Below, in pieces: positions 58,383 through 64,000 of a stretch of DNA of 64,000 bases. The translations under genes and the position numbers were made by a program. A model generated the notes under the pieces. The model was not told the DNA's origin, did not search any database, and was given only the letters and a program-made list of their open reading frames with translations. Origin of the DNA: Lachnospira sp. (GTDB lineage: Bacteria; Bacillota; Clostridia; Lachnospirales; Lachnospiraceae); NCBI GenBank assembly GCA_051879515.1, contig JBJEME010000055.1:1961-65960 (forward strand), in the 5' to 3' direction. Every line of letters starts with the position of its first letter. The first letter of the stretch is position 1.

Positions 58383-59735
58383 ATGGCAAGTTGGAAAAAT
58401 GAATCTGAAGCAAGAGAACAGATCAAGGCAATGGTTAGCGAGTATTATAAAGATTTTAAGGAACCGGTTGAATCTAAGGAAAACTTCAAACCGGGAGACC
58501 GTATCAGCTACGCTTCAAGAGTCTACGATGAAAAGGAGATGCAGGCGTTAACTGATGCAATGCTGGATTTCTGGCTTACCACAGGCAGATTTTCAAATGA
58601 ATTTGAAAAGAATTTTGCTGAATGGATTGGTGTAAAGTATGCACATCTTGTTAACAGCGGTTCTTCTGCCAATCTTATCGCGTTCAGCGTGTTAACGGCA
58701 CCTGAGCTCGGAGAAAGACAGATTAAACGAGGTGATGAGGTTATCACTGTTGCATGTGGTTTCCCAACAACAATAACTCCTATTCTTCAGTATGGTGCAG
58801 TACCTGTATTTGTGGATGTTACTGTTCCACAATACAACATCGACATAACTAAACTGGAAGAGGCATATTCTGAAAAGACAAAGGCTGTAATGATAGCACA
58901 TACACTCGGTAATCCATTTGATTTAGCTTCGGTAAAAGATTTTTGTGACAGACATAATTTATGGCTTGTTGAAGATAACTGTGATGCGCTCGGTACAAAG
59001 TACACAATCGATGGTGTGACTAAGTTTACAGGTACATGGGGAGATATCGGAACATCAAGCTTTTATCCTCCTCATCATATGACTATGGGTGAAGGCGGAT
59101 GTGTTTACACTGATAATCCAACATTAAATCGCCTTATATTATCTTACCGTGACTGGGGAAGAGATTGTATCTGTGTATCCGGTCAGGATAACCTTTGCGG
59201 ACATCGTTGGGATGGTCAGTTTGGCGAGTTGCCTAAGGGTTATGATCATAAATATACTTATTCCCACTTCGGATATAACTTGAAGGTCACAGATCTTCAG
59301 GCAGCAGTAGGAGTAGAGCAGTTGAAGAAATTCCCATCTTTCATTGAAAGAAGAAAGCATAACTGGTCAAGGCTTCACAAGGCATTAGAGGATGTACAGG
59401 ATAGAATTATTCTTCCGGAACCAGCTCCAAATAGTGATCCATCATGGTTTGGTTTCTTAATATCTGTGCGCCCTGAAACAGGATTGAATAGAAATGAAGT
59501 AACTAAATATATTGAGAGCAAAAATGTTCAGACTCGTTTATTATTCTCAGGAAATATTATCAAACAGCCATGTTTTGATGAAATAAGGGGAACAGAAGCC
59601 TACAGAGTTGTTGGCGATTTAAGCAGCAGCGATTTTGTTGTGAACAATACATTCTGGGTTGGAGTATACCCAGGTATGACTGATGCCATGATTGATTACA
59701 TGGCTGAAGTGATTAAGGATGCTGTTGGGAAATAA
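58383..59735 (+). CDS. rfbH: CDP-4-keto-6-deoxyglucose 3-dehydratase (E1, DdhC/RfbH)
   Basis: EDNCDALG; SFYPPHH with His at the usual PLP-Lys position; DWGRDCIC...C Fe-S cysteines; GYDHKY. Confidence 0.92.
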   Translation: MASWKNESEAREQIKAMVSEYYKDFKEPVESKENFKPGDRISYASRVYDEKEMQALTDAMLDFWLTTGRFSNEFEKNFAEWIGVKYAHLVNSGSSANLIAFSVLTAPELGERQIKRGDEVITVACGFPTTITPILQYGAVPVFVDVTVPQYNIDITKLEEAYSEKTKAVMIAHTLGNPFDLASVKDFCDRHNLWLVEDNCDALGTKYTIDGVTKFTGTWGDIGTSSFYPPHHMTMGEGGCVYTDNPTLNRLILSYRDWGRDCICVSGQDNLCGHRWDGQFGELPKGYDHKYTYSHFGYNLKVTDLQAAVGVEQLKKFPSFIERRKHNWSRLHKALEDVQDRIILPEPAPNSDPSWFGFLISVRPETGLNRNEVTKYIESKNVQTRLLFSGNIIKQPCFDEIRGTEAYRVVGDLSSSDFVVNNTFWVGVYPGMTDAMIDYMAEVIKDAVGK

Positions 59736-59759
59736 TATATCAGTTACGGAGGAGTTATC

Positions 59760-61586
59760 ATGAAACAGAGATTGGCGGATTATGTTGCTGATTTTCTTGT
59801 TGCACATGGAGTCAAAGATGTATTCAGTGTGGTTGGCGGCGGTGCCATGCACCTGAATGATGCACTCGGGCACAAGAAGGGGTTGAAGGTAACATACAAT
59901 CATCATGAACAGGCGTGTGCAATGGCGGCGGAAGCGTATGCCAGACTTGATAATAGAATTGCTGCAGTTTGCGTTACTACCGGGCCGGGAGGAACCAATG
60001 CACTGACAGGTGTTGTTGGAGGGTGGCTGGATTCTATTCCAATGTTCGTTGTTTCCGGTCAGGTTCGTTACGATACAACATCACGCTATGCATTGCAATT
60101 CACGGAGACACCGTTGCGCGCAATGGGGGACCAGGAGTATGACATCGTCAAATCTGTGGCTCCAATGACAAAATATGCAGTTATGATTGAAAACCCCAAT
60201 ACAATTCGCTATCATTTAGAGAAAGCCTGGCACCTTGCCACAACCGGTCGTCCGGGACCTGTATGGATTGATATCCCTTTGAATTATCAGGGCGGCTATA
60301 TTGAGACAGATAGTCTTTTGGGATACGATCCAAAAGAAGATGATTCTAAACTTCCTCCTGCTGTTGACGAAACGACAATACAGACAGTTCTTGAAAAAAT
60401 TCGTAATGCTAAGCGTCCGGTTTTTCACGCAGGATATGGAATCCGCTTATCCGGAGGATATGAAGCATTTCGCTCTGTAGCAGAAAAATTAAATATTCCT
60501 ATTGTAACATACTGGAATGCGGTTGATTTAATTGAAGATGATAATCCTTTTTATTGCGGACGCGCCGGTAATATGGGGGATCGTCCCGGAAACTGGGCAA
60601 TCCAGAATGCCGATTTGATTCTTGCGGTAGGTACACGTATTTCTATCCGTCAGGTAGGGTATAATTGGAAAACCTGGGCTCGTGAGGCTGAGGTTATAAT
60701 GGTTGATATTGATCAGGCAGAATTAAAGAAGCCGACACTTCATGTGGAAATGCCTATTTGGGCAGATGCGAAAGATTTTCTCACGAAAATGAATAATTTG
60801 ATGTCAGAGAAAGTATTTAATGGCGAAGATTGGATTAAGGTTTGTCAGGGATGGAAAAAGAATTATCCGGTTGTTCAGAAAAGACAGTGGGAGGAAAACG
60901 GTTCTACTGCCAATGTATATGCGTTTGTGGATTATTTGAGCTCAAGACTTCCACAGAACAGTCTGACAGCCGTATCAAACGGTGCATGCTGTGTAGTTGG
61001 TAATCAGACCTATCATATTAAGAGAGGAAGCAGAATGGCTAACAATAGTGCAGTTGCTTCCATGGGGTACGGTTTGCCTGCGGCCATTGGAACATGTATA
61101 GGTGGTGGCAGAAAAGAAACTATATGTCTTGAGGGCGATGGCAGTATTATGATGAACCTTCAGGAACTGCAGACGATATTAACCAATAAACTTCCAATCA
61201 AAATATTCCTGATTAATAATAATGGATATCACTCTATCAGAATTACACAGACCAACTTATTTAGTAAGAATTTTGTGGGTATAGGGGAAGAATCCGGAGA
61301 TTTGTCCTTCCCTGAGTTTAAAAAGATTGCAGAAGCATTCGGGTATAGATATTTCTGTGCTCACAGTAATTCAGAAATGAAAGAAGTTGTGGATGAAGTA
61401 CTAAAGCTTGATGGACCTGTATTTACAGAGATATTCACAGATACAGACCAGGTATGGGAACCAAAGAGCAGTACAAAGCGTTTGGAAGATGGAACACTGG
61501 TTAGTCCGCCACTTGAGGATCTGGCACCATTTTTACCTAGGGAAGAGCTGAAAGAGCAGATGTTCATTCCTATGATTGAGGAATAA
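59760..61586 (+). CDS. ThDP-dependent acetolactate-synthase-like enzyme (YerE-like)
   Basis: HHEQ, TTGPG.TN, SMGYGLP, GDGS...NN ThDP motif. Embedded in the CDP-sugar operon. Confidence 0.88.
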   Translation: MKQRLADYVADFLVAHGVKDVFSVVGGGAMHLNDALGHKKGLKVTYNHHEQACAMAAEAYARLDNRIAAVCVTTGPGGTNALTGVVGGWLDSIPMFVVSGQVRYDTTSRYALQFTETPLRAMGDQEYDIVKSVAPMTKYAVMIENPNTIRYHLEKAWHLATTGRPGPVWIDIPLNYQGGYIETDSLLGYDPKEDDSKLPPAVDETTIQTVLEKIRNAKRPVFHAGYGIRLSGGYEAFRSVAEKLNIPIVTYWNAVDLIEDDNPFYCGRAGNMGDRPGNWAIQNADLILAVGTRISIRQVGYNWKTWAREAEVIMVDIDQAELKKPTLHVEMPIWADAKDFLTKMNNLMSEKVFNGEDWIKVCQGWKKNYPVVQKRQWEENGSTANVYAFVDYLSSRLPQNSLTAVSNGACCVVGNQTYHIKRGSRMANNSAVASMGYGLPAAIGTCIGGGRKETICLEGDGSIMMNLQELQTILTNKLPIKIFLINNNGYHSIRITQTNLFSKNFVGIGEESGDLSFPEFKKIAEAFGYRYFCAHSNSEMKEVVDEVLKLDGPVFTEIFTDTDQVWEPKSSTKRLEDGTLVSPPLEDLAPFLPREELKEQMFIPMIEE

Positions 61587-61713
61587 ATGAAGTAAATGTC
61601 AGCTAAAGCAGACCGTGCTCGGCTCGCAAAGCAAAGCAAGTCCATCAAGGATTGAGGAATGTAGGGAGTTGGAAGCGGACTTGTCCGCTTTGATCAAAGA
61701 GGAGGCAGGCAAG

Positions 61714-62622
61714 ATGAGGAGAGCAATTATAACGGGTGCAACCGGTGCGATTGGAAGTGCGTTAATTAGGGAATTGATTGAGAATAATATAGAGACACTT
61801 GTTTTTTGCCGTGAGGGTTCAGAAAGAAACAGACAGATACCACAACATCCGCTTATTTCAATAAAATACTGCTCTTTGGAGCAGCTTGAATCCATAGAAA
61901 ATGATACCGGGAAAGAATATGATGTGTTTTATCATTTTGCATGGGAAGGAACAACAGGTTCTGCCAGAAATGATATGTACCTTCAGAATCAAAATGTACG
62001 GTATTCATTAGATGCAGTAGGAGCAGCGAACAGATTTGGATGTAAGAAGTTTATTGGAGCAGGGTCTCAGGCCGAATATGGAAGAGTAGAAGGAAATTTA
62101 AAACCGGATACAAAGACTTCTCCGGAAATGGGATATGGCATTGCAAAATTATGTGCAGGTAATATGACTCGGGAATATGCGCATAGTCTTAAAATGGAAC
62201 ACAACTGGGTAAGAATACTTAGTGTATATGGCCCTAATGATGGGGTACAGAGTATGGTAATGTCAACAATAGCAAAGCTGCAGGCGGGGGAAGTACCTCA
62301 GTTTACCAAGGGTGAGCAAATGTGGGATTATCTGTACAGCGGTGATGCTGCCAAAGCGTTCCGATTAATTGGTGAAAAAGGAATTGATGGAAAAGTATAT
62401 GTTCTTGGAAGCGGACAGGCCAAACCATTAAAACAGTATATTGAAGAATTGAGGGATGTTGTTGCTCCGGGAGCTGAACTTGGTATAGGCAATGTTCCAT
62501 ACAGTACAAAGCAGGTGATGCATTTATGTGCTGATATCTCAGAGTTAGAAGATGACACAGGATGGAAACCTGAAACAAAGTTTGAAGATGGAATCCGGAA
62601 GATTATACTTTCACAGATGTAA
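61714..62622 (+). CDS. NAD-dependent epimerase/dehydratase/reductase (extended SDR; candidate YerF-like or RfbJ/RfbS-like)
   Basis: TGATGAIG, GSQAEYG, YGIAK. Start at ATG 61714 after GGAGG. Confidence 0.88.
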   Translation: MRRAIITGATGAIGSALIRELIENNIETLVFCREGSERNRQIPQHPLISIKYCSLEQLESIENDTGKEYDVFYHFAWEGTTGSARNDMYLQNQNVRYSLDAVGAANRFGCKKFIGAGSQAEYGRVEGNLKPDTKTSPEMGYGIAKLCAGNMTREYAHSLKMEHNWVRILSVYGPNDGVQSMVMSTIAKLQAGEVPQFTKGEQMWDYLYSGDAAKAFRLIGEKGIDGKVYVLGSGQAKPLKQYIEELRDVVAPGAELGIGNVPYSTKQVMHLCADISELEDDTGWKPETKFEDGIRKIILSQM

Positions 62623-62702
62623 AGTGTAGTGGAGCATAATTTTTGCCAAATTTTTATTTGAATTTTTGTTGAATTTTTATTTGATTTTTTTAAAAAATAT
62701 TG

Positions 62703-62762
62703 TTGACGTTTTTGGTTATTAGTTGTAACATGAAATTAATTTTTGAATAACTTTTATTCAAA
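62703..62762 (+). promoter_or_regulatory. SigA promoter plus palindromic operator upstream of the pectate lyase
   Basis: TTGACG, 17 bp, TAACAT; then TTTGAATAA-CTT-TTATTCAAA (62742-62762). Confidence 0.6.
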
Positions 62763-62883
62763 TTGCACAAAAAGGTGTACGGTGTGAAATAATAATAAAT
62801 TATTTACACTGGGAACGGTTTTAAGGCTTTAGAAGTGCAAAAGAGAACACAATAATTTTTAAAAAGTAGAAAAGGAGAAAAAA

Positions 62884-64000
62884 ATGAAAAAGCAAGTAAA
62901 AAAATTCTTAAGCATGTTACTTGTAAGCGTAATGGCTCTTGCATCAATTCTTACATTTGATGTTGAACCAGTACACGCAGCTTCTGCTTCAATAACAGAA
63001 GCAGCCGGTGATCTTGAGACCGCATACGTTGAGTGGACACCTGTATCAGGGGCTTCCGGATACAACGTATATGTTAAGGCAGCCAGTGCAGCTGATTCAG
63101 CTTATGTTCAGCTTGATGATGAACTTATAAGAAAGTATCCATCATATATGAGAGCTGATGCTGTAGGTTTAAAGGCTGGCGATTATGTGATGAAGGTAGT
63201 GCCTCTTAATGATGGCGTTGAAGATACAGCTTCTGCAATGGTGACAGAAAAGCTCACTGTTCTTGCACATGACAGAAGCGGATTTGCTTTTGTGAATGGA
63301 ACATCATCAGGTGCTTATAATGATGATGGAACATTAAAGAGCAATGCAAAAGTGTTCTATATGACAGAAAGCACCAAGGGAGGATTTGTAGCAGCTGTTG
63401 ATGCAGCAGATGCCGGTAATTATCCTTTAGCTGTTCGTTTGATTGGAAACATCACAGACTTTACAGGTCTTGAGTCTGGAGACATGCTTATCGGAGAATG
63501 TAAATTTGGTCTTACTATAGAAGGTATTGGCGAGGATGCGACAGCTAATGGCTGGGGTGTTCGTATTAAGAATAGTAGTAATGTTGAAGTAAGAAATCTT
63601 GGATTTATGAACTGCGATAGTACAGAGGGTGATAGTGCAGGTCTTCAACAGGGTAATGACCATGTGTGGATTCATAACTGCGATTTCTTCTATGGTGCTG
63701 CAGGTTCTGATGCTGACCAGGTTAAGGGCGATGGTGCACTTGATACAAAGAAGTCTCAGTATGTAACTCATTCATATAATCACTTCTATGACACTGGAAA
63801 GACTCACTTAAATGGTAACGGTGATACAACACTTAACTATATCACTTATCACCATAATTGGTATGATCACTCGGATTCGCGTCATCCGCTTGTAAGATGT
63901 TCTTCAGCAGTACATGTTTACAATAACTTGTATGATGGTGTATCTAAGTATGGTATGATTTGCAGAATTGGTGCTTCTATCTTTTCAGAAGCAAATTATT
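62884..64000 (+). CDS. Secreted pectate lyase (PL1), 3'-truncated by the window edge; absent from the ORF track
   Basis: AAAGGAG RBS, signal peptide (..VHA), open frame to the end, NVEVRNL, VWIHNCDF, DGALD, TYHHNWY, RHPLVR (RxPxxR), HVYNNLY. Confidence 0.9.
   Translation, partial: MKKQVKKFLSMLLVSVMALASILTFDVEPVHAASASITEAAGDLETAYVEWTPVSGASGYNVYVKAASAADSAYVQLDDELIRKYPSYMRADAVGLKAGDYVMKVVPLNDGVEDTASAMVTEKLTVLAHDRSGFAFVNGTSSGAYNDDGTLKSNAKVFYMTESTKGGFVAAVDAADAGNYPLAVRLIGNITDFTGLESGDMLIGECKFGLTIEGIGEDATANGWGVRIKNSSNVEVRNLGFMNCDSTEGDSAGLQQGNDHVWIHNCDFFYGAAGSDADQVKGDGALDTKKSQYVTHSYNHFYDTGKTHLNGNGDTTLNYITYHHNWYDHSDSRHPLVRCSSAVHVYNNLYDGVSKYGMICRIGASIFSEANY

Noticed and set aside
58383-59735. DegT/DnrJ sugar aminotransferase
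   Set aside because: His replaces the Schiff-base Lys (SFYPPHH) and Fe-S cysteines are present, which indicates the E1 dehydratase.
59760-61586. Housekeeping acetolactate synthase ilvB
   Set aside because: There is no ilvN/ilvC/ilvD nearby and the gene is embedded in the CDP-sugar operon, so a YerE-like role is more likely.

Overview
This is a low-GC, spore-forming Clostridia-type window, probably Lachnospiraceae (inferred from gene families, spore-coat genes, lipoproteins and SigA-type promoters). No rRNA, tRNA, CRISPR array, integrase or intact transposase was seen. (1) 154-20.8 kb is a co-oriented accessory redox island. It holds LysR and MerR regulators, a beta-glucoside PTS, a GH1/flavoprotein chimera, three aldo/keto reductases, a tautomerase, a CMD protein, MATE, a cupin and an Fe-ADH. 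Its striking core has six lipoproteins (five flavodoxin-domain, one AKR), a 4-His DUF4405-like membrane protein and an ApbE flavin transferase. Three of the flavodoxins carry a D-A-x-[ST]-[ST]-A-S insertion resembling an ApbE flavinylation site. This candidate extracytoplasmic flavin electron-transfer system is the top finding. Three promoters share an identical 15-bp LysR-type box. (2) 20.8-26.7 kb looks like mobile-element debris: divergent XRE genes around a structured intergenic region, an AAA-ATPase/RloB (AbiL-like) pair, and chimeric or truncated genes. (3) 26.8-35 kb holds spore-coat genes, an amino-acid ABC transporter with a circularly permuted binding protein, a BspA-type LRR surface protein and an MCP. 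(4) 34.8-40.3 kb is a TetR / SCP2 / hydrolase / C-domain / ACP / acyl-AMP-ligase cluster of the clostridial fatty-acid-amide type. (5) 44.4-62.6 kb is a Wzx/Wzy surface-polysaccharide locus. It encodes GDP-heptose, UDP-Galf and CDP-3,6-dideoxyhexose pathways plus a YerE-like ThDP enzyme, which predicts a yersiniose-like branched sugar. (6) A secreted PL1 pectate lyase is cut by the window edge. All family calls come from recognising motifs by eye; no database search was run.
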